Of a DNA stretch of 37,503 bases, positions 1 through 10,581 are shown in pieces; within the stretch, counting starts at the first letter, position 1; each line of letters opens with the position of its first letter. Under the pieces are notes generated by a model. It had not been told where the DNA came from. It saw only the letters and a list, made by a program, of their open reading frames with translations, and did no database searches. Position numbers and translations under genes: made by a program. This DNA comes from Nemertoderma westbladi (taxonomy: Eukaryota; Animalia; Xenacoelomorpha): the NCBI GenBank assembly GCA_032718475.1, contig JAUCBJ010000944.1, positions 1 through 37,503 of the forward strand, read 5' to 3'.

Positions 1-1566
1 ATAAATAAACAACTACAAGGATAAGAGGTCATGTGTAGGAAAGCTAATCAGACGATACCTTTACTAATATATTGAGCTGCATTGATCTATACATAGTAAT
101 GTTGGGTGATGGGGGGGGGGGGGGGGTGAGGGGTAGGGGGTGTCTGGGTGGGTTGTTAGTATTAGGGTGCACAATATCGACGCACGCGCAGGAATGTGTT
201 GATGTTTAATAGCACCGCATTCCCGCGTTAGAAAGCATCCCCAATTGGAATAAATAAATAAATTAAACGCGTTTCGTTATGTTCCTCGACTTATATTATT
301 CTCTCCACGGACGAGTTATTAGCTGCTAGACAGGTAGACCTAGTCCCCCACAACAACGGTCATACCTTCAATCAATCAATCAATTGAGCTCATATGAGCT
401 CGTATATTAGTTTTATTTATAAATTGAAATCTCACGAATTAATAGGCCTATTAGCTGATTAGTGAACTATCATATGTTAGACCATATATATATATTATAT
501 ATTGGACCTTATCAAAATAGCGGTTGTACTGGGGCGGTATATGTTGTTCTCTAACCCACTGCAAGCGCATTTGAGGGGCCGGTATGTTTTAATAACTTCT
601 GGTACAACGGGATGCAGTATTACAGCGCCAAGTAGATTTAATCTGATCAGAATATTCCGGACGCTAAGTTCATGTCATTCCCGATAAGTCGGGACTTTAC
701 AAAACTCGTGGATAAAACCGCGTGTAGCAGAGAGCAGATAAATTGGGTTAAATTGCAAAACAGAATAATATGGAACTGTAAGTGGAACTGCGGCGATTTG
801 GGTTTTTTTGTTATGGTGAATAGTCAGCCTGTCCGCGATATGTTCAGCTGCCCTTTTTAATGGGTTGCAGGTACAAATGAAATACACATTGCAGTTACTA
901 AAATAAAAGTGGCGCATATTATTGTACATTTACAACAACAATTATATAAATGCAATATGCCTGATCCCTATTAATGTACTTTGTACCGCCAATTCTGTAA
1001 TTCAATAACGCAAAGCCGCGTTTACTGTACAGCAGCACGTAATATATTTGATACTTATTATACTAACTAAACTAACAAACCGCAAGGCCTACTTACCGAA
1101 ATAAATTAACTTTCAGTTAAATACAATATACTTGTTTGCTCTGTAAAAATTTTAATTAAAAACAATCCTGCCATTTAATATACCTAATTAGCATGGTTGC
1201 GTAAGCAGTATGAATTGGAATGAAATTGTGAAATAATTTATTTAAACTATTATGTACATTTAGATTAAATAATAATACAGTAAGTTGGCCTACAGAAATA
1301 AACATTGATATTCGGAACAGTAAAACAATTATTTATTTCATTCATTCAACTAACCAGAGAGACTCATAGCTCCAGTGAATATTAACATCCCGACGTTACT
1401 TTAGTAATAATATTAATGTCATTGAACCCGATACACACACACCTCCAATCAGCCAGTTCAATGGAGAGTGAGTGAATGGATGGCTACTAGCAGCAGCAGC
1501 AGTCTGCCTCTTACAAGCAAGGCTGACTGAATACCTCAAGTGTTGCTGGGAATCAAGCCAACTTGG

Positions 1567-2068
1567 ATGTTAACCAATAAATGAGCAGTATTTAATGAGA
1601 ATACATTTTTTATGCCGGTTTAATTACTTTAGATCAATTAAAGACACGATTATTAAAGCAAATCACTTGAACTAATTAAAAACTATAATAGAATGGAGTA
1701 TGCGGATTACATCTGTATATTTTTTAAGTATAATTATTGAAGTCTTATACTGTAAAACAATTAATTTCCTTTAAAAGGCAGGTTGAAAATGGTGTTTTTA
1801 CCGTAATCAACTTAATTAACTAATTAACTGCTATTATCTTAGCTTCTCGAAGGCCACACGGAAATTCTACTTGGAAAATTTCTAAACTTTTGCCATACAA
1901 CATGTGTACCAAGTTTGGATAGATTTCATCAAAGATTGGCCGAGTTATTAACGTTTAAAATTGAACACGACAGAACGACAGAACGACAGAACGACAGAAC
2001 GACAGAACGACAGGTTGATTAATGGTACCACTACGCTAAGGCTCACTCACTTCGTGGCTCGCCCCACA
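1567..2068 (+). mobile_element. Helentron/DINE-1-like non-autonomous element (HINE-like), copy A
   Basis: Near-identical to 30833-31318. Contains a CATGTGTACCAAGTTTGG...GAGTTAT core, an (ACGACAGA)x6 microsatellite and the 3' end GCTCACTCACTTCGTGGCTCGCCCCACA, shared with 26402-26429. No TSD. Confidence 0.65.
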
Positions 2069-2522
2069 ACTGTGCCATTTGCGTGCATTCAATTGTAATG
2101 GGGAATATTATACACAAATCCCATAAATATATATAAGAGTTCATGATAGCGTCCAACGATCGTTGTCATAGTGATATGGGAACCGATTAGAGAGTGCAGA
2201 AATCTCTGTTACTATCGACAAACTGAATGTGAGTGTCAGCGGTAAAAGATCATAGGTCACAAGTAATGGTAAAAGGCATAATGCACATGGTAAAGTGGTA
2301 AACTTAATCAAGACAATAAGGCAAAATAGGCAAAATTATAAATTGCTTCAAGGCCCATAGGAAAATTTGTAAATTGCATCAAAACACGTGTATAATACAT
2401 CATAGGTAAAATGTGTGATCGTTAGACGAAAGTTAGACGAGTGAAAAAGGCTCAATTTATTGTTCAGGCCTAATTTGTATTGTTAATTTACGAGAACCAA
2501 ATTGTAAATTGATCCTTGGGGC

Positions 2523-2586
2523 TGCAGAGATGGGCCTGGGATGAGTGCGGAGATGAGTGCAGAAATGAGTGCAGAGATGGGCCTGG
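2523..2586. repeat. Short imperfect 12-bp tandem repeat (GCAGAGATGAGT-like)
   Basis: Repeated GCAGAGATG/GCGGAGATG/GCAGAAATG units bounded by two GCAGAGATGGGCCTGG copies. Confidence 0.6.
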
Positions 2587-3014
2587 AGCCTTTTGCATCT
2601 AGACTGCATTGTTTGGAGGATTATTGATGGACAGCAGTGGAAAAAAATACGGAACATTATCTCCAGGCAGTAGTGAATAGATACGATGCGGACATTTCTA
2701 TCTACTGAGGTCCCACACATTCGTCGCGCAGTCACAATACGTTGCAAAACAGGATGAGATGATAGCAATTTTTGGGTTCTTCACACTAAATAAATCTATA
2801 TACTGTATATTATATGAAATACTATAACATATTAGGCAAATCGAATTAGTTACTTCCAATGGGATAATATTCATAGAGTTATTAAACCACGATGCGAGAT
2901 GAGACCTAGATTGGCCCAAAATTCTACCAATTCTGATGTTGATGTTGCTTTTGTGTCAGCTGGAAGGGGAGTAATACCCATATATTTATTTACAACTATT
3001 TGTTTATTGCAGGT

Positions 3015-3397
3015 GAGTGAATGTTAAGCTTATCCCATCAAGTAAAGTAATCGGTGAACGTGTTAAACACGAAACTCCGAAGACAACCTCACAACCGAAA
3101 CACCGGCTCCTCTCTCTTGGCTCTTACATAAAGGCATGGAGGACGCCACATTAACTCCCAAGGTTGAACACTCGATAACCATCCAACCCTTTCTTTATTC
3201 CCACAGCAGAAACCAGATTCCCATTGTAGGGCCTACCGCTGTGTTGAATGAGCACCAATGTCTAAAGCGTATTGCTTATGAGATACAACAATGCGAAATT
3301 TCAACCTCCACTAGTCGGATTTGAACCTGCGCCGCGGCCGCCAAGGACTATTGCGAAAGCGGGTCGATCGGCGCTATATCCACTCGGACACTTTGAC
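3015..3397 (-). mobile_element. tRNA-derived SINE-like element
   Basis: Minus-strand head GTCAAAGTGTCCGAGTGG (A box) ... GGTTCAAATCC (B box) at 3397-3316, followed by a GC-richer body. The 3' boundary is approximate. Confidence 0.55.
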
Positions 3398-3885
3398 ATA
3401 TCTGATTATGGGCTTTTAATGATGCGTGACTATGTCTGACGTAAATTCAACTCGTGATTCAAATGAATTACTAACTCGTGTTAATGGCTTACCAAATCGT
3501 GGTAAAATTGACTTACTAACTTTTACTTTTGCTATGTAACTTGTGGCGGCCAAAACTTACAAACTGTTCTCCAAGATTTACTAACAAAAGTCCCCCCCCC
3601 CCCCTTAATTTAACTACATTTCACTTATTTTTTATTTTAATTTATTGTTTTATTTTAGATATAGTGCATACTGTAGTATTGTACTGTACTATTTTATTTC
3701 AAAATGTTAGAACAGGTTAGAACGGTTAGAACATATCAATCTTTCTATTAATAAATGAATTGTTGTGGGGTGAGTGACGGTGATTGACGGTGGGGTGAGT
3801 GACGGTGACGGACGAAATTGTACTTTCCATTGAGTGATTAGTTGGCCTAAATATGATCTCCCACTCCACAGCGAAATATTCATCC

Positions 3886-3969
3886 GGTCTGGTAGCTCAG
3901 TACAGTCACCCGGCTGATGATAACCAGAAGTTTGAAACCTAGGTACCGGGTTCGAGCCCCAATAGGGCC
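3886..3969 (+). pseudogene. tRNA-like sequence (Pol III A/B boxes) inside an extended inverted repeat
   Basis: GGTAGCTCAGT (A box) and GGTTCGAGCCCC (B box/T-loop). The D and anticodon arms are irregular, so it is not called a functional tRNA. Confidence 0.55.
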
Positions 3970-4539
3970 GGTTGATATTTTTCGCTATGGAGAGCATTAT
4001 CATATTGTCCTATCTACATTATACAATCTTTCTATTGGATGTCAGCATTCAACCGGCAGGTGGCGCACATTATTATATCGAACCTACATGTACCTACAGT
4101 ATGCTGCAATCAAGTCATTCATTCATCGTATATTATTCGGTTCACAACTGTATCCTTGTTCATTACATTTTATCTTTATGCTCATATACTGTATACATGT
4201 GTGTTAATTGCTTATCCATATCCACGTATTAATTTCTTTGACTAAAAACTTATGTTCAGTTCATGTACTTATATATCTCTCTATAGTCAATAAAAACTTA
4301 CATACGTAGCTATGTACGGGGTGTGTATTTTTTTTTTTTAACTTTTGGTATCTATCTAACTATGAATCCATTCGCCTGCCGTCAGCGCGAGTGGGATGTT
4401 TTAAGCTATTTATTTTGGTCACAAAATGTACAGAACGAACGCAACGAGGGTTTCAATATAGACGAGTACTGGGAAGGTTCGTTTTACGGCAACGTTTCTA
4501 TTATAATGTAGCCTACAGCTCTGAGGGTTTATACAAGTC

Positions 4540-5365
4540 TGTTTGCGCTTTTAAGACCTTTAGCAGTTTAACCCGCCAAATCTATATGTCTTCTAGGTTA
4601 TAAATCGACTTTAGCCTATGACAAGTATTTGACACAAATAAATCCAACATTAGCCGAAGCCAGTCTATGCGCGACCATTCACCCGCTGGATATACCCGGG
4701 AGACTGGATTCGGATGCTTTAATTTGATTGCGGTGCAGGCCTACCATACTATTCGATTGATCATTAATATAATTCCTGACAAATATCATTCACTTTCGGG
4801 AAATATTAGCAGTTCCTTTAGGACGTGGCGCTCTATCTATATAAACAGAGCTATGGCTTACACTAAACACAACGGAATGGATTATAAGTTACACATAAGG
4901 CGCATTCTTTAGGAGATGCTTTGTTACGCGGACAAGCACATACAGACTATTGCACACCGCTGCACACTGAATTGCCGATAGTCACTGATTTTAATCATAT
5001 ATAAAGAGGATACACGAGGATCTGAACTTTGCATTCCTAATACTCTGCCTACCAATAATACTTGAATATAGTAGGAGCTTTATTGTACTTTAATAAGTAC
5101 GGATATTTCATCTTACTGTAGTTACGTATTTATAATATGATACGGACAGTAAGGAAAGAGAAAAAGAATTATTTCTCGCCGTCGCACTAAATATATAATA
5201 TATAAGTAATTAAGTAATAAACACTAATATATTGCACTAATCTACTAAATAATCGCTAAATAACATTTGACTAAATAAAATTAAAGAAAACGATTATAAT
5301 AAAATTACATAATAATACATACATAATATAAAATAATAAAATAAATATAAAATAATATACTCACA
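4540..5365 (-). repeat. 3' LTR of the BEL/Pao element
   Basis: 4540-5008 matches 13697-14165 with 7 substitutions by eye. Extension to ~5365 is inferred from PPT-like GGAGTGGGTG followed by TGTGAG on the minus strand. Confidence 0.75.
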
Positions 5366-5383
5366 CACCCACTCCGTATGTTG

Positions 5384-8300
5384 TTACGTTATGGAGTCCC
5401 TAGATATTTGTTGGATTAGGGAGGTGGTCGTGGGAAGAGTATCTTGCCTTCCATAGTTTCCGGACAGTTTTCGGTCTCTTTCCAGTAAACATAAACGACC
5501 AGCTGGGCGATTGAGTGGTTGTGTTACTTTCTCCGCTCCCTTGGCCTGTCTAATCTCAGCCGGGTTAAGGTGGGGAGGCCATTCATCTTCTTTACTTAGG
5601 AAGTCGGGTTCACCTAACCAGTCTGGAGTATCTGTCAGTTCTTGAGGAGTTGCTCCTCTGGAGGCGATGTCGGCTAGATTAATCGTCTCGGGGCAATGTC
5701 TCCATTGATCTACATTGGAGTTGATGTCGTCATTATCTGAGGAGTATGGTCTTCCCTCAGTTGGATCGTCTAACTCACTGCTCTCATCTTCCCATTCTCT
5801 TACTTGATATACCTGGTCTTTCGGTAATCTTTCCATGAGAGTTCTACGGGAAGGGCCAGTAAAGTACCAACCCACTCTAGTTCTTCCCGCATAAGCTTGT
5901 AGTGGTTGCGGTTGAGCGGGCCGTTTCTCCAATGTCTCGAGCGCTTCATGCGCATTTTGACCGATGAGTATTTGGACTCCAGGGTAATCGGTGTTGAATC
6001 TAGGTATTTCAAGCTGCTGGGTGAAATCGTCCTCATCCCAGTTATAAGGTTCCACTTGGCTGGTAGCGAAGTTCTTTATCGCTACCATTTTTACTGACCT
6101 TATGCTGTGTTCTCCTAGTTCATCCTGGGGGGTGGACAACGCGCCTACATAATAATCCGCTATTATGGTAGATTTCCAAACCTGCATAATTCCTGACATG
6201 TTTAGCTTAGTTCGGAACTTGGGTTGTCCAGCAAAGATATCTTCGGCTAGTTCTTTGTCGATGAATGTTCCTGTGCTACCGGAGTCAAGGAGGGCGTTCA
6301 CTATATAACTCCTTTTAGGTCCGTGGACCCTTAACTGTACTACAGGAAATTCTCGGATTCCTACATTGGAAGTTGGCGCTTTCCAAGATGGTTGTCGATC
6401 AGAAGTAGTTAGGGGGAGCTCACTGTCGGTTTCCTTCTCATACGTAAGTGCTCGATACACTGCGGTATTTATTAAGTAACAGGATTCGTTTTCGTCTGAG
6501 AATTCGTCCGTATAGAATCCTTCCATTTCAGAACTTTGGTCGGAGAATTCGTCCGTATAGAATCCTTCCATCTCAGAACTTTGGTCAGTGTCATTCACAT
6601 CACTGAATTGGACATGTAGTTCGGACTCACTTACCTGACTCGGGCTGCTTCTTTCGAATTCGGTGTGCAACAAAATATGATGTTTCGCGCCGCACTTCGC
6701 ACACCTTGCGTCGGAGTAACAGGTTCGCCGTTGGTGTCCTCGTCTGAGACAATTATAACACAACCGCTTATCCCACATGACTTCACGTCTATCCTTTAAT
6801 GATTTCTTTAGGAATTCATTACACACATTTAAACGGTGGGGCCCGTCGCACAACACACATTTGGGCTTGATGTTACTTAATTTAACATGTGCTGTGTAGT
6901 GCACGCTCGTTCTTTCCTCGGGCTTTCTTCCGTGAATTCTTTTAGGAGACGAGGGAGGAGTTTTTCTAACCTGTTCTCTCCTGTCATTGGTTCGAGACTT
7001 GAATTTACTTACGTCCTTAGGCGTTGTGTTGTCATAGTAAGATCTTTCAGTGTCTTTCCCGCTGTCTTCCTCTCGAGAAGCCTGGCTTTCGCCATCGTCT
7101 GTATAACACACTGGTATTACCTTTCTCCTAGAAACGGGTTTCTCACTTGCCTTATTTTCCGGTGTCTTCTCTCTGGACTGCTTTAGGAGCTGTAATTTTA
7201 CCTCTCCATCTAAGAATGACATGAGATCAGCCATGGTAGGATCTCTTCGTTGTTGTTCCATCATATATAACACTGTCTTGTCCCAGCGTGTACCTACTCC
7301 ACCCTTTGACAGAGTTGATGCTAAGGCTCCTACAACCATAGAATTCTGGTATTCATGAGACTTACCTAACCAATCTAGCTGTCTACAGATCTCCTGAATT
7401 TCGTCGGAAAACTCTATAATCCCGCTGCTAAGAAACTTTCGGGGCGCCATTAATTTTGCATACAAATACCTAGCTATGTTATTCCTATTACCATACCTGA
7501 TGTTTAATGTATCCCAAACTTGTCTTAATCCATCTGGATGTCCAATAAACTTTAACGCCATTAACTTGGGAGATCCTTCCAAGCACTCGATGAGGAATCT
7601 AAGTTTTTCTCCATTAGATAGCACAGAGTTCTGTATGTTATCTTTGTAATATTCATTAAAAGGTAACCATTTCATCTCATCTCCATTGAACTTGACGATC
7701 TCTCCCACTTTTACCGCTTGACGGGCTTCGGTTCTAGCCATTTGACGCGTAAAACTTTCTTGGGCCATCGTGTTATTTAATATCGAGTTATCGGTATATA
7801 AATTTCTCGGATTATTATCAAGTCTATATGGAATATCATTGTCAACAGGTTTATAATTACCCTTAATAGGGTTTACTATAGGAGTTTCCACTTCGCTAGC
7901 AGTATAGAGGCGTGTGGGCTCCACACCTTGCGCATGAAATACTTCAGACCTAACAGGTTGACACATTGTTACAGGGGGTGGTGGTATACCCTTTGGTGTA
8001 TTTACTAATTTATCGCGTTCTAACGCGATACTTTGCTGCACTTCTTGCAACTCTAACCTACTTTCCCTTACTGTGACCTTGAACTGCTTAACAGTCTCCT
8101 GCATCTGCCCGAGCAGGAGATCCATCCCCCGCCGTCTCTCATCTACCCACTCGACCGCCGAAGCGGGAGCCGCCAACGTTGTAGCGGGCGGACGAGGGAC
8201 AACGGGCGACAAATCATTAATATTTCGCTCGGAGTCCAGGACATGAACTGTCTCATGGGCTGTTCTGCTGGGCACAGGTAGCTTGGTGCTGTGCAGAGGG

Positions 8301-10114
8301 AATTTAGAGATAGGTTCAGGGAGTACAGGTGTCTCTATCACCGAGGGGGTGGCTTCGAGAACAGGCCTAATTATTTCAGGCTCATCTACTATAGTAGGGA
8401 GTCTTTCTATTTTAATTATTTGGTCTGTGGGTTCTGTACTACCTAAGCCTATGTTAGTTAGTTGTCTTCTAACAGCTGGGGGCAAATCAGGCAATTTCTG
8501 ACGGTGGGACATTCTTCTACGTCTGCTGAGACGAGATCTATTTCCTCCACCTTCAGTATCGGTGGTATCGCCTTCCTCAGATGATGTATATCCCTGTCTT
8601 TTGGGAGTAGATCGATTCATCATCTGCATATGACTAGCTGTTAACTGTTTATTTATGCAGTCTTGATTCTCTTGAATATTTTCCAACTCCAGTTGGGTGG
8701 TCTCTTCAGATGCTCTTCTTTCAGCTTCTGCCACTGCCTCTGCCGCTGCCACTACCGCCTTTCTTTCCGCTTCGGCCGCTGCCACTGCCGCCTTTCTTTC
8801 CACTTCGGCCGCTGCCACTGCCGCCTTTCTTTCCACTTCTACCGCCTTTCTTTCCGCTTCTACCTCTGCCGCTGCTGCTGCCGCTGCCGCTTTTCTTTTC
8901 GCTTCTGCCACTACTACTGCTGCTGCCACTGCCGCTGTCTTTCTGTCTTCTATACGTTTTTTCTTTACTTGTTCTTCTTGGACCCTAGTGATGCGGAGGC
9001 GTTCATCAAATGTAGCTTGGTTCGCAGCTATCCTATCCGCATCTATTGCGTCCAACACAAGCTTGGCTCCTTCATTATTAGGGCTAAGTCCATCTAGCCT
9101 TCTCCTCAACTCTTCATCTCCTACAAAACGTTGATAGTCCGACAGATAGATGTCAATGGCATCCCTCTTATGCGGTTTCTCTGCCGTCACTTCACTTTCC
9201 ACTTGGGAAAATGTAGCGTCTGTTGATTCTCCATGGGTTGAGCGCTCATCCAGCTGAGCTTTCCACTGAGCCGTTCCTTGAACCTGGAGACTCACCCGTT
9301 GAAACCAAGTCTTTACGGCAACTTGCAACGACGTGTCTTGTCTTCTTTTAGAAGCCTCCTCAAAGGCCGGTAAGATTAGCCTGATTTGTAGAATTCTTTC
9401 TCTAACTTGATAAAGCAGCTGTCCCTGCTCTTGAGGTCCTTGGGGTTGTTGAAACAGTTGTTCTTTTAATCGCTCCATAGAGCTGAAGAATCCCTGTACG
9501 TATCCTGCTGCTGACCTCTTCCACACAGCTGGATCGATGGTTTCCTTGGTTACTCCCATCCTGTGTATGTCTTCCCAGGCAGCTTCCGATAAATCAAACG
9601 GGAGTCCGGGTCCGGGGAAGTTCCATTGCGACTCGACCATAGGCTTCAGTTCTTCCCTTGTGTATCCCGCATAACTATCCTTAGTCGATCGCTTATTTCT
9701 CGCCCAATCAATCTGGTGTTCCTCCACCGCAATCAATAACCTCGTGAGTACGGCTGCAGGAAGGATGAGAAGGGGGTCCGAATAAACCGCATCTGTCATC
9801 TTTGCTCCGTGCTCGGGTGTCAGCTCTACAGTATCCGCACTACTGGAGCTGTCGGGCCACTGAGAAATAAGTTCTCGGTTCGCGGGTAGTTGCTGTTCTG
9901 CTGCTTCTTGGTCCCGCTTGACCTGAGCTCGAGTGCCTATGATAGACCTACGATGTTGGACTAGCCTAGGGTCTGATATTACTACTGGATGGATGATCTT
10001 TCTTACAGTAGGAGGTGAGTTGAACTTCGGTCCCACACATTCCACACTCCTGTCTGGGTCACATATGGTTGTATCTAGGAGACTGTCTGACAGGTTTTGC
10101 TTTGTGTCAGACAT
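5384..10114 (-). CDS. 1576-aa BEL/Pao Gag-protease polyprotein with long N-terminal extension and fused pol remnants
   Basis: DUF1759-like Gag (KFNGDEMKWLPF...GEKLRFLIECLEG); three knuckles CVLCDGPHRLNVC, CYNCLRRGHQRRTC, CAKCGAKHHILLH; aspartic protease ALLDSGSTGTFI...ILIG...TRVGW; RNase H tail QWRHCPETINLADIASRG; integrase-tail-like LNRPAGRLCLL. No YxDD RT and no DDE core. Confidence 0.9.
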   Translation of the reverse strand: MSDTKQNLSDSLLDTTICDPDRSVECVGPKFNSPPTVRKIIHPVVISDPRLVQHRRSIIGTRAQVKRDQEAAEQQLPANRELISQWPDSSSSADTVELTPEHGAKMTDAVYSDPLLILPAAVLTRLLIAVEEHQIDWARNKRSTKDSYAGYTREELKPMVESQWNFPGPGLPFDLSEAAWEDIHRMGVTKETIDPAVWKRSAAGYVQGFFSSMERLKEQLFQQPQGPQEQGQLLYQVRERILQIRLILPAFEEASKRRQDTSLQVAVKTWFQRVSLQVQGTAQWKAQLDERSTHGESTDATFSQVESEVTAEKPHKRDAIDIYLSDYQRFVGDEELRRRLDGLSPNNEGAKLVLDAIDADRIAANQATFDERLRITRVQEEQVKKKRIEDRKTAAVAAAVVVAEAKRKAAAAAAAAEVEAERKAVEVERKAAVAAAEVERKAAVAAAEAERKAVVAAAEAVAEAERRASEETTQLELENIQENQDCINKQLTASHMQMMNRSTPKRQGYTSSEEGDTTDTEGGGNRSRLSRRRRMSHRQKLPDLPPAVRRQLTNIGLGSTEPTDQIIKIERLPTIVDEPEIIRPVLEATPSVIETPVLPEPISKFPLHSTKLPVPSRTAHETVHVLDSERNINDLSPVVPRPPATTLAAPASAVEWVDERRRGMDLLLGQMQETVKQFKVTVRESRLELQEVQQSIALERDKLVNTPKGIPPPPVTMCQPVRSEVFHAQGVEPTRLYTASEVETPIVNPIKGNYKPVDNDIPYRLDNNPRNLYTDNSILNNTMAQESFTRQMARTEARQAVKVGEIVKFNGDEMKWLPFNEYYKDNIQNSVLSNGEKLRFLIECLEGSPKLMALKFIGHPDGLRQVWDTLNIRYGNRNNIARYLYAKLMAPRKFLSSGIIEFSDEIQEICRQLDWLGKSHEYQNSMVVGALASTLSKGGVGTRWDKTVLYMMEQQRRDPTMADLMSFLDGEVKLQLLKQSREKTPENKASEKPVSRRKVIPVCYTDDGESQASREEDSGKDTERSYYDNTTPKDVSKFKSRTNDRREQVRKTPPSSPKRIHGRKPEERTSVHYTAHVKLSNIKPKCVLCDGPHRLNVCNEFLKKSLKDRREVMWDKRLCYNCLRRGHQRRTCYSDARCAKCGAKHHILLHTEFERSSPSQVSESELHVQFSDVNDTDQSSEMEGFYTDEFSDQSSEMEGFYTDEFSDENESCYLINTAVYRALTYEKETDSELPLTTSDRQPSWKAPTSNVGIREFPVVQLRVHGPKRSYIVNALLDSGSTGTFIDKELAEDIFAGQPKFRTKLNMSGIMQVWKSTIIADYYVGALSTPQDELGEHSIRSVKMVAIKNFATSQVEPYNWDEDDFTQQLEIPRFNTDYPGVQILIGQNAHEALETLEKRPAQPQPLQAYAGRTRVGWYFTGPSRRTLMERLPKDQVYQVREWEDESSELDDPTEGRPYSSDNDDINSNVDQWRHCPETINLADIASRGATPQELTDTPDWLGEPDFLSKEDEWPPHLNPAEIRQAKGAEKVTQPLNRPAGRLCLLERDRKLSGNYGRQDTLPTTTSLIQQISRDSIT
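6495..6586 (-). repeat. In-frame 45-bp tandem duplication in the ORF (DQSSEMEGFYTDEFS x2)
   Basis: Two near-identical 45-bp units between the knuckles and the protease. Confidence 0.9.
8715..8940 (-). repeat. Coding 33-bp-like repeat giving an Ala/Glu/Lys-rich helix (AAVAAAEAERK)n
   Basis: Repeated GCCGCTGCCACTGCCGCCTTTCTTTCC units, visible in the translation. Confidence 0.85.
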
Positions 10115-10248
10115 GTTGGTTTGTACAGTTGAATGCCTACTGCTACATTACAGTTTAAGCAAGTCTCATAATTCAGTATCACTGTTAGCCTAGTAATTAA
10201 TTACCGATACTGCTACTCAGTGTAGCGTGATATATATATAATATATTA

Positions 10249-10496
10249 GAATACCGGTATGCTGATAGTATATATAAGTATTATTACAGACTAGGTTTGT
10301 CACAGAATACCGGTAGGTAATTTCAGCATAAATATATATAAATATATAATAGGCCTATTGTGAATACTGGTATGCAGCTTACACTTATAGTATATATAAG
10401 TATAATTATGAACTAGAATTAATTACAGAATACCGGTATAATTTCAGCCTAAATTTATAAATAAATATAATAAGCCTATGGTAAATACTGGTATGT
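10249..10496. repeat. Imperfect ~120-bp tandem duplication in the BEL 5' leader
   Basis: ATAGTATATATAAGTA...CAGAATACCGGTA...AATTTCAGC...AATACTGGTATG occurs twice. Confidence 0.75.
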
Positions 10497-10581
10497 CAAT
10501 TATTTTAGAATAATTGAATTTCTGAAATTTCAGGGGTTTCTTGGTTACTTTAACTTACTTTATTACCGTTATTTAAGCAGT

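Noticed and set aside
4667-4912. 81-aa ORF duplicated at 13824-14069
   Set aside because: It lies inside the LTR, so duplication is explained by LTR identity; no recognisable motif.
8663-9134. Three overlapping plus-strand ORFs (Cys/Arg-, Ala/Ser- and Pro/Leu-rich)
   Set aside because: Antisense shadows of the low-complexity Ala-rich repeat in the Gag ORF.
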